Source of the DNA: Lama glama
Taxonomy: Eukaryota
Direction of reading: 5' to 3'
Assembly (NCBI GenBank): GCA_028534125.1
Contig: CM052818.1
Location: 27,840,001 to 27,904,000, forward strand
DNA length: 64,000 bases
Shown in pieces: positions 1 to 12,046 of this stretch. The position numbers and the translations under genes are program-made. Numbering within the stretch: the stretch's first letter is position 1; each line of letters opens with the position of its first letter. Below the pieces are notes generated by a model, which saw nothing but the letters and a program-made list of their open reading frames with translations, searched no databases and was not told the origin of the DNA.

Positions 1-668
1 CTCATTCTGATATTCATCACTACCTTTATTATTACCACAATAGCAAGGCATAATCTTGCCCAAAAGGGACATTATTATTTTACATTTATAACTGGAAATA
101 CCTGTCATATGAAATGCTGAAGGCATCCTTTAATTATTGTTGTTTCTTTCTGATAAGCAAGAAAGCGAGACCGTATGATTGATACCTGTGTCTGTGCCAC
201 ATGACCATTTTAATTATGTGAAAAATGGTTCTAGTTTAAATTAGTGGGTATCTGGCATAATTCAGGCTTTGTTAAGAACAAATACCTCTGGCAACCCCAC
301 TGCCACAACAATTTACATTTCAATTAGTTTTATGACTAGTTTTTCCAAATAAGAAGTACTAGAAAGGAACAACAGCAAATTCTGAGAAGCAGCAATTTAA
401 ACTTTTTACTTCCATTATGACTATTTTTAAACTTAAGCAGCCAACCTACAGGATGGTTAGGGACATTACTAGGAAGTACTTATCTGAGTGAGGGCTTCTG
501 AAAAGAGGGATTCATAATTTATGAATAAGAGAGCAAAGAATATCATGGATATGGATAATATGTATTACCCAGAGATGATAAACTCTGTTTGCAAACTCTG
601 TATTCTCCTAAAATATCTTCTCAACTGAAAGGCAATGCTCATATCACACACAATGTGCAGATGTTTTG

Positions 669-872
669 GGTATGGAATTAAGAGGTGCAGTATAACTGCT
701 ATGCTGCTATGTATAAAATAGGTAAGCAACAAGGGTATACTATATAGCATAGAGAATTTTAACTGTTAACTTTTAGTAACTCTTAATGGAGTATAATCTG
801 TAGAAATAATGAATTGTGCTGTACACTTGAAATGAATATAATATTGTATTCAATTATACTTCAATTAAAAAA
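669..872 (+). mobile_element. 5'-truncated L1 3' end (cetartiodactyl/laurasiatherian type)
   Basis: Typical L1 3'UTR ending ...tgtacacttgaaatgaatataatattgtattcaattatacttcaattaaaaaaa. Candidate TSD agatgttttg (659-668) / agatattttg (873-882). Confidence 0.85.
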
Positions 873-1918
873 AGATATTTTGCTAATTTGGGGAAATTCC
901 AATGAATTTTTTTGTTGAGACTTGATCTATATGTCACACATTTTACTTCTAACTAGTACTCTTAAATGACTGATTTGTCATGTTGAGTTGAAACCAAAAT
1001 ATTTTTTTAAGATACAAGTTGAATATCATTTCAGTTACTTCCCCATTGTCTTAAATGTATAAATTTGGAGCATCAGTTGCCAACATTAATCATGACCATT
1101 ATGAATTGCTCCAAATATTTCTTGCATTTTTAACATGCGTTTGCCTAATGCCAGTCCCTGCCACGTGACATGGCTTGAAAATATGTAGGAGAGTTTAGGT
1201 GGAATGTAAGAAAAAACCCTGCTATTTGTTCATTTTTGAACCAGTATGTTAGGAGGTGGTGAGAGCTGTAGGAGGTGGTAAGGACTGTGGCAGGAGGGAT
1301 AGGTTCATGCTGCTAAATGTTTAATTTCATGTCTATGAAGAACAGGTGCACAAGGGGAAGGACTAACTTATCTGCTCTCACTTCATTGATTTTTCAGTGA
1401 ATAGACCATGAACTGTTTCCAGCTCATTCATAACATCTGTGTCACCCGTCACCTCACCTGTCATAAGGACATAAAAGTGAATGAAGTAAGTGCTCTTTTT
1501 TTTTGTTTTTGTTGAGTAGAGCTTGTCATTTGCTGCCTGTCAAACTGTGAGTTGAAACTCTGGGAAGCTCTGGGTTCTCTGAGTTCGGTGACTGGCTTAT
1601 GTGTTTGTTCAGCTGCTGTAGATTGCCTTGTTACCAAGTAAATGCATTGATTTTAAATCTTAAAAAAGAAAAGTAACCAACCTCTGGAATAGATCAGTTT
1701 ATTTAAAAAGCTTTCTTCCTTTAACCACAGGCCTGGACATTTTCTTGAAAGTGAACTGTATAACTCTTTTTAAATACAGGGGGTTTTGTGTGTGTGGGGG
1801 CGGCTATTTTTCAGCCTTGAAGATGATGTTGTCATTAAGAATGTCTAGAGAATGGTTGTCAAAGAATTAATTATGGAAGGTTTTCTGGAGAATACAGTAT
1901 ATATGTTTAATGTTACAA

Positions 1919-2165
1919 CAGTGTTTCCCAGACTAAGTTTCCTGTATCACAGTGTTCCTCAGGAGTTAATAAGGTGTTCAGAAACTTGAAGGAGAAGCCA
2001 GTTGTTGCTCTAGCTCCTTTAAATTTCAATTATGACTTAGTTTAGAATATCAAAGCATTGTGGTTTTGGAATACAATTATTTTGGCTTTCATTGAGTTAT
2101 AAGTTGGTTATAGCCACTGTCCTTCATTGCGGAGTCTTCTGGAATAGACTTTTGAAAGTCATTGC
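1919..2165. mobile_element. Old non-autonomous hAT-Charlie element (Charlie4z-like)
   Basis: Starts cagtgtttccca...gttaataaggtgtt and ends ...gaatagactttgaaagtcattg, resembling decayed Charlie TIRs. Confidence 0.5.
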
Positions 2166-2799
2166 TGAGTGTACTTCAGAAATGTTGTTGAGAACCTGAT
2201 TTATTATAGTCACATTAGGTCCTTTAGGAGGACCCATGAGAAGTTCCCTCAGATCTCACTGTCAAGTGCATTTGTTTTTCTTTCCTTTGAAGAAAGATCT
2301 TATTATTCACTGTTAAGTATTTTTAAATTCTTACAAGAACTGTAAACTGAGTATTTGAATGGGCTTTTACTTCACACTGAGTACCAGCAAGCTCAGAGTC
2401 ACATTTGCCGCTTATCTCTATTAAAACTTCCAGAGCTTTTGATGTATCTTTGGTGTACTTCTAGCTTCATTTTCTTTTTCCTGAGTTTATTTTACTGTCT
2501 CGCAATCTTCTTCAAAGATTTAAACTAGCTTTATTGCATATATCTGTGTAGAGTGATTTATATCTTTTTGGAATGGGATGGAGCTATAAATACAGTATGA
2601 TTTTACACTTATCCTTATCAACTCTACTTGATTCTGAGCTTTCCCATGACAACCTTCACATCTTAATCACATGTTACGTTATTTCTGTCTCAGATAAACA
2701 CGTTCCCTTGTTCATAATACACATTGTATTCATTTGTTTACCTGTTATGTTTCAGTCACCGTTATAGGCACTGAAGAGACAGTAGTACTGCATGGGGTG

Positions 2800-2925
2800 T
2801 GTCCTAGGGGAACTGGAGAATGGAGTTGCCATTTACTGAGATGAGGGAGCTGCAGGAGCAGGAGTTTGGGGCAGGAGTGGAAAATTAGGAGAGCAGTTTG
2901 GGACAAGTTAAGTTCAAGATGAACA
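2800..2925 (-). mobile_element. L2 fragment
   Basis: aactggagaatggagttgccatttactgagatg...gtttgggacaagttaagttcaagatg matches reverse-strand L2 sequence. Confidence 0.75.
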
Positions 2926-3342
2926 TAGTTGTAATTATATTTTTCTAAGAACTCTTCTGGTCCCATTTACAAGCAATGAATCACATCTAAGAAGCAGAGG
3001 TATAGATTTAGGATCTTAGTCAGTGACATTTTCCCTCTTCTTTTGATGGACAGTTAGCATCTATCTTGTCAGAGCACGTCAAATACATCATCACCTCTGA
3101 ATCCAGGTCTCAGATCCTTGATTCCTAAAGAAGACAATGAATTTGCAGTGGTGTTGGGGTGGGTCCTCCCCTGGCCTTAACCCCTTCATTGTTAGAAATC
3201 GGGAAAAATCTGTGGATTCCAGCTAAAAGCAACATATCATCATTGGTAGAAATGAACACAGAACTCCAGGGCTCAGCATGCTCTGTTTTCTCCTATTCAC
3301 AAAGCATTCACAGTCCCCTCCCCCACCACTTTTTTTAGCCTG

Positions 3343-3643
3343 AGGGCAGGACTAAGATGATTCCAGTGAGGCACTGACCTCAGAGGTCAAAATTAAGGAT
3401 ACATATGATTTGAATGTAATATTTAAAAACATAAAAATTAATGCAGAAATTCATGGATTTAGGAACAGTGCTGTGCCTAGCCATGTTAGAGTCTGAAGCA
3501 ATAGGAAAAATCAGTAGCACTAATCTTGTTTTTATTTAAAATTCTGATCATTTGTTTATCATAGACTTTTTATTTGATGCATCCTTAAATTTTGCCCCTG
3601 AAAGCCAGTGCCTTACTCTCCCCTGACCCTAGTCCCAACTCTA
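3343..3643. mobile_element. MER96B-like hAT-Tip100 non-autonomous DNA transposon
   Basis: Decayed TIRs agggcaggactaag...gaggcactgacctc / gtgccttactc...ctagtcccaactct, with internal aaaattaagg / ccttaaattttg symmetry. Confidence 0.75.
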
Positions 3644-4029
3644 TGAAGACTAATCTATTTGTTTTTAATTCCTGTTTTTATCACTTACAGCAGGAATACC
3701 AGATCTCATCCTCTGGACTGTCAGCCTTCCTTTTGTCTCACTCCATCCTACTTCTCCTTAACTATCACCCTGCCTTCTGGAATTCATGGTTAATCAAGCG
3801 GTTATATGAGTTATATTAAGAGCTTATATCTGTCATACTTTCAAGCTGTTCTCTTGTTCTCTCAAGCTTTTTTATCTTTTGCCCTGATTTTCCTCTTTCC
3901 ATCTTTGCCCTCTCAAGTGGTAGATGTTTTCTTTCCCACATTATTAATAATATCTAACTTGAAATGGGATAAAAGTCTTTGCTTATTATGACTGCTTCTA
4001 GACACTTTGGCTTTCTCCCTATAATCACG

Positions 4030-6640
4030 AAGTTTTGAATATCATGTGATCAAAACATGTCACAAACTACCCCTTTTAAAAATTAAAACAAAAATTTTCC
4101 CTAGTCATCCACTGGCCTCAACATCTATTCCCCTTGGTTCTGAAAGATGTGAACTCCTTTTCAGCTGTGAAGTTCCTTGGTGACTTCAATATTCACTTAG
4201 ATGATTCCTCTAATATACTGGCCTCAAACTTCTTTGCCCACTTCCTCTCCAATGATCTTGTCTTTCACCCTTCCGCAGCCATTCAATCCTGTGGCCATAC
4301 CCTAGATGACATCATCACTATTACAAAAGGTAACATCTTTATAGCTTTAATTTCAGGTGTCCCACTTTCCAAGTATTTCTTTATATCTTTCCATCTCACC
4401 TTTTCTAATACCCCAATTCAACAATACTGTGAGCTTATTGACATAATCTATAGATCTTTCCACTTACTTACCCTCCTTCATCACCCTCTATAGATGCTTC
4501 TTTACCCAAGTTAGATTCTGTCATTGGGGATTAAATCTCTCCTTTACATACGTCTCCAACTTCCTTACTCATCTCACTTTACCATACTTGCCTGGCAAAA
4601 TTTCAAACCTGGTTAAATACTTCTATCTATATTGTCGCTGCACCTGCACAGCAAATGTAGTTGGGGCAATATACAAAACCAGGCTTTCTGGTCTCTCTCT
4701 AAGTCCATGAACGTCTAATCTTGAGTGGACTCTCAGTGCTACTGAGCCATCCTCCTTTACTGCCCTAGTTCATGCATTCTCACTCTGCTAGGCCAGTTTT
4801 TCCTACCTTCTCTCTTTTCAAAAACTTCCAGTCTTCTATCCTCATTCTTAACTGATTACTTTGCTTTAATACACTGAGAAAATAATGAAAATCAGAAGAC
4901 AATGTCTGCAGGTTCTCTTTACAACATCTACCTATTTACCTGCATTTGCATCTGTTCATTATGCTTTTCATCTCCTGTGAATGAACTGACCACTGACCGT
5001 TCTCTTTGTAAAGGTGAACCATCCACTTGGGCATCTACTTTCCTCTCACCCTGGTCAAAATACCAGTGTGGACATTTTCTTCCTGCTCTCTGATTCAAAT
5101 ATTTTCTCCTTTTTACTAGACCTTACTAACCAGTTTATAAATATCTGCAATTTCTCCCAAATTTAAACAAACAAAATCAAAACCAAAAAACTTCCCTAGT
5201 CTCCTTATTCTCCTCTAGTTTCTTATAATTTCATTGTTACCGTTTAGAAACTAATAGTTGAAATCAGTGTCTATACCTTTTGCGTCTCTCTTGAAAACTT
5301 CTCAGTCAGGGTCTTGCTTCCATCCACCACTCTGCCAAAACTGTTCTTTTCAAGGCACAAAATTTTATTCCTTTGTTAAACCCAGTAATCAATTCTAAAT
5401 CTTGATCTTTCTTGACCTGTCAGCTGCGCTTGACCTAATTTTCAACCTTCCTCTTTTTTTCAACCTTCTACACCAGCTTCCTAGAACACCACTCTTCTGG
5501 CTTTACTCCTAACTCACTGCCACCCCTTTGCTTACTCTTTCTTGTCTCCTCAGACTTTAAATATTGGTGTACCCCTGGTTCAATCCTCAGAATTCTATTT
5601 CTCTTTCTCACATAGTCTCTTGGTAATACCATTTACTTTCATAATTTTTATTACCATTTTTCTACAGTAGTATTCCAAAATCTATCTTTAGCCCAGGCAT
5701 CTTTAGCCTATTTGAATGTCTGGTAAGCATCTAAAACTCAAAGTAAATTCCTGATCAAGCCCCCAGTCCTGCCCCGCTCATAATGGAATCATTTCAGTCC
5801 TCTCCATCTTAGTAAATGGTGACTTTACTTTCCAGTTTCTCAGGCCAAAATCCTTAGAGTCGTCTCTTATATGCCACATACAATGCATGAGCAAATCCTA
5901 CCTTAAAATATATTCCACTTCTGGGGACACCTCACCATTCTCATTGCTTTTATCTTGGGCCAAGTCAACATTCTCTCTTGCCTGGATAGACTCCTTAATA
6001 TTCCTCTTCTTCTCTTCCCCTCCTACAGTCTGACATGACACAGGAATCAAAATGATACCTGAAAATAACGTATCAGGTGGTATCATATCTCTGCTCTACC
6101 TACTCCTTGGCTTCTATCCACCTCAGAGTAGAGCCATGCTACTTAGAATGGCATATAGCAGCCAACATGATTTGCCCTCCCACAACTTCCTTGGCCCTAC
6201 CTTCTGCTATTATCCCTCTTGATCATTCATCCAAATAGTCAGTAATGCTCCCATCATCTCAAGTCCTTTGCTCTTGTTTTACCCTCTGCTTTGACAGTTC
6301 TTCTCCAAGATACTGCATGGCTTGTTTTCTATCTCCTTCAAGTACTGTCTCCTTGAGTGATATTTCCCTAAGTATCTTTTAAAAAATTATATTGACCCAG
6401 ACTTCCTATTCCATTTTCCTTCTTTATTTTTCTTAAAACCTGTCATCACGATCTGACTATTATAGTTTAAAATATTTATTTGTTTATTATTCTCTTCTTT
6501 CCCCTTTCTCCCTAAACACTAACAAGATACAAAATATCTATGAGGGCAGGGATTTGGGTCTATTTTTTTCCCTGCTAAAATCCGACACTATGAATAGTGC
6601 TTGGCAATATGTTTAATAAACATTTTTTCAACAAGTTGGT
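4030..6640 (+). mobile_element. Long L2 (L2a-like) copy, from the endonuclease region to the 3' tail
   Basis: Continuous pyrimidine-rich L2 motifs, ending with the L2a-type gagggcagggatttg...gtgcttggca...aataaacatt. Confidence 0.85.
4134..4493 (+). pseudogene. Decayed L2 ORF2 APE-type endonuclease remnant (not a host gene)
   Basis: The ORF contains LGDFNIH and HP....GHTLD.II, motifs of LINE APE endonucleases, and lies inside the L2. Confidence 0.8.
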
Positions 6641-7414
6641 AAGTATGTGTGTTTGTGTATATAGATATGTATATTTATATCTGTGTATATCTATGTATCT
6701 CCACATATTGTTTCTTTAGGACCAACATACTAGTTTTCCTTTATGCATTGGTCAATGGCACCAAAACATGAGATGAAAAGAAAGACACATCTTTCTGCTG
6801 TCAACAGTCTGGTGAGAAAGAAGCCTGAGCAGTGTATTACACAATTTAGAGATACAGCTTATTTTCCCATGTCACACACCCATAGCTACAGTTCTTTTAT
6901 TATTTGCTATAAATACTAATACTTTAACACTGAAGACATTTATGTATATGCGGTCACCTATGTTAGGTTTTCTAGATGACATTAGACTAAGAGTGACAAA
7001 CTCACAAGCCTTGAGAGTTCAGGGAAGAAACATAAATTTGTGAAGAAGGGCAACTGGAAAAACAGTGAATGCTTTCCCCATCTCAAGTGGACAGCTGGTA
7101 CTCAGACTGAGCCAGTAATTGCTGTATATTTATTTGAGTTCAGTGTCACCATATCTTCAGGTTTTCAAAAAAAGTTGAAAATACAAATTCCTATCTCAAA
7201 TCTCCTCACGTTTCAAACTTGGCAATAAATTAAAAATTTGAAAAAACCCTCTGGTGCCCACCAAGGATCTCTGCAAGTTGGATTTGGTTCCTGGGCCTCC
7301 CACTTGCATTCTTTGCTTTTAGGTCTCGTATGCCCTGCTGGGTAGTCCCAACCACTTCTAGTAATAAAGGCCTGCTGACAAGGCGTGGGCAGAAAGCCTC
7401 CTTCCTCCTTGCCC

Positions 7415-7690
7415 AGGGCTTATGGTATTTCCAGATTGTGAGCAAATGCATACAAAGTCTCTGACATGAACTTCATTCTAGATTATTAAGATACCTTCAA
7501 AAACTGTAAAGCAGATCTTCTTCAGGTAAAATTAGGATTTCCGGTATTCGGTAGGGCTTATGGTATTTCCAGATTGTGAGCAAATGCATACAAAGTCTCT
7601 GACATGAACTTCATTCTAGATTATTAAGATACCTTCAAAAACTGTAAAGCAGATCTTCTTCAGGTAAAATTAGGATTTCCGGTATTCGGT
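7415..7690 (+). repeat. Perfect tandem duplication, 2 x 138 bp
   Basis: 7415-7552 is identical to 7553-7690 (agggcttatggt...ccggtattcggt). Confidence 0.97.
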
Positions 7691-7765
7691 AAGACTTTAG
7701 TTTATTGGACTTTATAAAGTTGTCCCATTACCATGTGCTTTCTTCTCATCAGTGTAATTCTAGAT

Positions 7766-7860
7766 CATTCATTCACTTGTTTATTCAACAAATATTTAGT
7801 GAGGGTCTGTTACATGCCACACAGCATACTGGATGCTGTGTAAGTGCTCAGTGACAAGCA
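7766..7860 (-). mobile_element. L2 3' end
   Basis: cattcattcacttgtttattcaacaaatatttagtgagggtctgttacatgcca. Confidence 0.75.
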
Positions 7861-7879
7861 GTATTTGATTAGACAGACA

Positions 7880-8722
7880 GTCAGTATCTGTTCTCGTCTT
7901 TCTTAGTAACAGCACCAGTATAATTTGGGGTGATAATACCTAGTCAGTGATGACACTTCCCGTCATGCTTGCATTTTGTTGTGGACATGTGACTAAGCTC
8001 TATCTGTTGAGGTTGTTACGTGTTGAATTGTTTCCCCTAAAAAGATATGTTAAATTCCTAAACCCGAGTACCTCACAGTGTGACCTTATTTGGAAACAGG
8101 GTTGTTGCATATGTAATCAGTTAAGATGAGTTTATGCTGGATTAGGTGGGGACCTCAATCCAATGACCGGTGTCCTCAAAGGACATAAAGAATTGATGGC
8201 CACACCAGAAGCTAGGAAGAGCCTAGGAAGGAAGGACGCTACCAGGGATCTCAGAAGGAGCATGGCCCTGCTAATGCCTTCATTTCAGACTTCTAGACTC
8301 CAGAATCATGAGACATAAATTTCTTTTTTCTTTTTTAGTATACCCAGTTTGCCATACTTTGTTACAGAAGCCCTAGGAAACTAATACAGAGCTATAAACA
8401 AAAGCGGTCAGATGGGATTTCTGGTAACACTCCTTTTTAAAAGTTGTACATTGAGTTAGAAATTTGGACCTGTTAATAATTTGAGCCCCAGCTGGCATGT
8501 TGAGCCATGTGGCATATCTGAGGATGAGGTATACACACTAAGGATGGTAGAGAAGAAATGTAGAAGTAGTCTGGGACTTGGTGGTATTGTGAACTGTTTT
8601 TCTGGCCCTGGAAGCCCTACCTCTGGCCTTCTTTTATGTGAGATTTAAATAGACTTGTGTGGTTTAAGTGTGCCATTTGGACTTCATGTTATATGGAGCC
8701 ACATCTAGTCCTGACTAATATA
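7880..8722 (+). mobile_element. Old MaLR LTR (MLT1I/J-like), interrupted by an MLT1B-like LTR
   Basis: ttcttagtaacagcacc...ggacatgtgactaag on the left. taaggatggtagag...ccctacctctggccttctt...cctgactaatata on the right. Confidence 0.7.
8014..8388 (+). mobile_element. MLT1B-like MaLR solo LTR
   Basis: tgttacgtgttgaattgtttcccc...tgtgaccttatttggaaacaggg...gccctaggaaactaataca. 5-bp TSD gaggt/gagct. Confidence 0.9.
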
Positions 8723-8994
8723 CTGGTCTTAAAACAGGTGTGAGTATAGTGCAGAGGAGTCTCATGGGTGAAGGCAGGCAGCAAATTTAAGAAATGCTTC
8801 ATGGAAGGGAAAGTCTTTGAACTGGGAGAAGAAAGGAAGAGATGGAATTGGGAAAGCAACCCAAATTAAGTTCATCTATGTTATTATAATATTTCCTGGT
8901 GACTTGACTGATATCAGCTACTAGAGTGACATAGAAAATTACCTTATGGTCATATTTACTATTGGGTGCAAGTACCTGATTTGGACATTAGCCA

Positions 8995-9200
8995 GACATT
9001 AGCAACGCACTGGTTTTGAGACCCAGCACGTCTAGGTTGGAATGTTTTCTCTCTGGTTCTCATTAACAGTATTGTGACTTGTTACCTAATATATCTGAGC
9101 ATCAGTTTTCTTATCTATAAAATCTGAATAAAAACATCTGACACCCAGTCTCTTATAAGGACTAACTGGGATGACATGTGTACAGGGGTTAATGAGGAAT
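8995..9200 (+). mobile_element. MIR SINE
   Basis: MIR core tgtgacttgttacctaa...ctgagcatcagttttcttatctataaaat. Confidence 0.7.
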
Positions 9201-9803
9201 AAATGAGATAGTTCATCTGAGAATGACTGAAGTATAAATGAGATACGAAGAATAAATTAAGACAAGTAGAAGTACCTTAACATCTTGTCTTTTATACAAC
9301 AGATAGTTAATAAATATTATTTCCCCTCTGTTCTTTCATTTACTAATTTTTCCTCTGCAATATTAAGTAAGTCAAAGAATTTAGACTTTTAGGGGAAGGA
9401 GGAAAAAATTCTTAATACAGTTGTCCTTATGTTTTGCTGGGTGTAGCATATCATTTTGTGCTATACTAAAAGGCCAACATTGTGTGTTTAAGTTATGGCT
9501 TCAACAAGGATACTTGCTTTAGGGAAACAGAGCTTCTGAGACCTACTCAGTTCAGTCAGCTCAAGGGTATATTGTCGTTTAGGTATCAAGTGGAAACCTT
9601 TAATACAAGAAGGGACTTCTTTAAAATATCCTGGGGAAAAAGCTGTATGCTTAACCTTAGTAAACTTAAATTTTTTCACTTGCATCTTTTTATGAAAAAT
9701 TTTATAGAAACAGCTTAGCTTCCAATAGAAATAACATCGTTACTCTTAAATATAGCTTAGCCATTTAGTCAACATGATTAGATTTGGATATCTCCCAAAT
9801 ATT

Positions 9804-9861
9804 GCACACACACACACACACGCACGCATGCACGCATACACACGCACACACACACGCACGC
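9804..9861. repeat. Imperfect (CA)n/(CACG)n microsatellite
   Basis: gcacacacacacacacacgcacgcatgcacgcatacacacgcacacacacgcacgc. Confidence 0.95.
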
Positions 9862-10006
9862 TTTTTCCTATTACACTTTCTTTCTCCTAGCATACCTCAG
9901 GACATAGAGGTTATCATAGGATCCTTAGAATATGTCACACCTCCCCATTCCATTCAATTGCTTCCTCTTTCTTTCCCACCCTGGTCTTTAGAGTTTCCTG
10001 TGCTTT

Positions 10007-10130
10007 GGGGGAAGGGTATAGCTCAAGTGGTAGAGGGCATGTTCAGCACACAAGATGTCCCGGGTTCAATCCCTGCTACCTCCTCCAGGCGGAAATCAGT
10101 GAAGAAACCTAATTAACTCCCCCTCAGAAA
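10007..10130 (+). mobile_element. Camelid tRNA-derived SINE (Vic-1-like)
   Basis: A box tagctcaagtggt, B box ggttcaatccc and tail aaacctaattaactccccct. Homologous to the copy at 59675. Decayed TSD agagtttcctgtgcttt / agaatttcctacatttt. Confidence 0.88.
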
Positions 10131-11783
10131 GAATTTCCTACATTTTGAGGTCAATTCCTTTCCTGGATTAGAAATCTATAAAGAATTTGTGACTTGGATT
10201 ATACAGTAATATTTTATTTTGGATTAATGATCCTCAAAATTTGCCCAGTTATCCTCTCTAGATCACCGTTTCAGGTACCCAAATGAATGGCCACATGGTT
10301 CTGATTTTGAAACCACTTGTTTGTTCCTGTTACAGTTTCCTCTGTTTTCTGCAATTTCAGTCACCCTTACTTAAAGCCCTAGCCCCACTCTTGCTTATAG
10401 AAATATTTTGGCTCCCAGTAGTAGAAAGGTAGTCACTTTTAGACCTATAGAATCTATATTAAGCCAGCTAGCTGTTATGGTCTTTTTCTGACTGGTTACA
10501 TGGTTCTAATTGTCAGGCCATATACTACAGTTAACTAGGTTTCCATTTCATTATATTTGACCTGAGTGCATTTCTTGGTTTTAGAAGTCTAGTGGAGTCT
10601 GTGCACTTCACTGGGGAGGTGGCATCCTGACTGTGTATCCCAGGGCACATTTTTGTGTTTCATTCACCCAACACTGTTTTCTGACCTGCATTTATTCTTA
10701 CTGCAAGATGTTAGAACCCACTTCTTGGTCACCATGAGTGTACTTGACATTGACTACTTGTCTCTAGCCATAGCTGATGGTAGGGCTCATCTTGCCTGCC
10801 TGCCCAGTACCCCAAGCTGTCTGCCTCTAATTGGACACATACTATTGATGGCTGAACCCATGCTCTGACTTTTCTGCCTTAATTGCTTTCCCTGAACTGG
10901 ATCCTGTAACTTTCAAGTCAGTACTCTGAAGTCCTGTAGTAAGAATAGAGGATAATGAGCTTGAATAATTTGGTGGTTTGTTTTCTGTGAAGAAAGGAGT
11001 GAAACATTTAAAATGTTAAGCTGTAGCCAAGCAGTGTCTAAATGTGGCCTTTGGCAAAATTATAATTCAAGGCAAGTGTATTTAGATCATTTTTTTTGCC
11101 TCCTCATCAAGTGACCCTTTTCTTTTTTCTCCTTTTTTCTTCAAAAATTCTAATCTTTAGCTGCCCCAGGTCATCCCAACTGGAAACTGATAAGAAAACT
11201 TTAGTTATTAATGATACATGTTAAATCTTCTAGAATATTTGCATGATAAAAGAGCACCACAGAAAGGATCTTTGAGAGTAGATTTTAAGACTTTGTGTCC
11301 CCCCTTAACTGCATTACTTTATAAAAAAAATCTCCCATGCTTTTGGATTCAAATGACTGAATTGATTAACAAAACATTAGGACTACAAATATATAGTTAC
11401 TGACTTTTTTATCTTAAAAAGAATGATATTTACTAAAATGTATCATGTATGATCATTTTCTAGTTGACAGGAAATTTTAATTAAAAAAAGTAGAGAGGGC
11501 ATCATCTTAAAATAAAGAAGTGTTTTTCAAGAAAGGACATATGTTGTTAACTTTGAATGCAGAAGTTTTACATTAAATTTCATCTTGCATGTGCTTTTGT
11601 GCTAAAAGTATTTCAAACTGACATAGTTTCATAGGAATAAAAATAAAAGAAGGAAAAAAATGAAAACCAAATGTTCATTTTTTTCCAGGACACTAATTGT
11701 TTTAGTCACAATCATTGTTGAAAATCTAGCTTGATGTGTGTTTATGATGACAGTGTTGAACTTCATCTAGAGTCCTGTGCTTC

Positions 11784-12046
11784 TGTAAAGTAAGGATGGT
11801 TGGAAAATTCCCTCCCAACCCCCATCTTCTGTTCTGACAGATTGCTAGGTTAACAACAGACCATCCTGCCCCGGCATATTCCACGACAAGACCCACCTCC
11901 ACCTCTCCTCAGTGACGCCCATGTTTTATAAAATCCCAGCTTTTCTCTCTCTTCTTTTAGGAATTTCTCATTAATGAATATTTTCCTGCTAGTGCAAGAG
12001 CCTGAATAAAATTATCTTAATTATCTGGTGCATTTTGTCTTTCACA
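11784..12046 (+). mobile_element. Short or partial ERV LTR
   Basis: TATA-like tttataaaa, AATAAA at 12005-12010 and an LTR-type end ttttgtctttcaca. The 5' boundary is uncertain. Confidence 0.55.

Noticed and set aside
10007..10085. tRNA-like sequence (also at 59677-59755)
   Set aside because: It has a SINE tail and TSD, and the tRNA-like part is degenerate. It is a tRNA-derived SINE, not a tRNA gene.
9784..10116. 110-aa ORF with an HT repeat
   Set aside because: It is a translation of a CA microsatellite plus a SINE.
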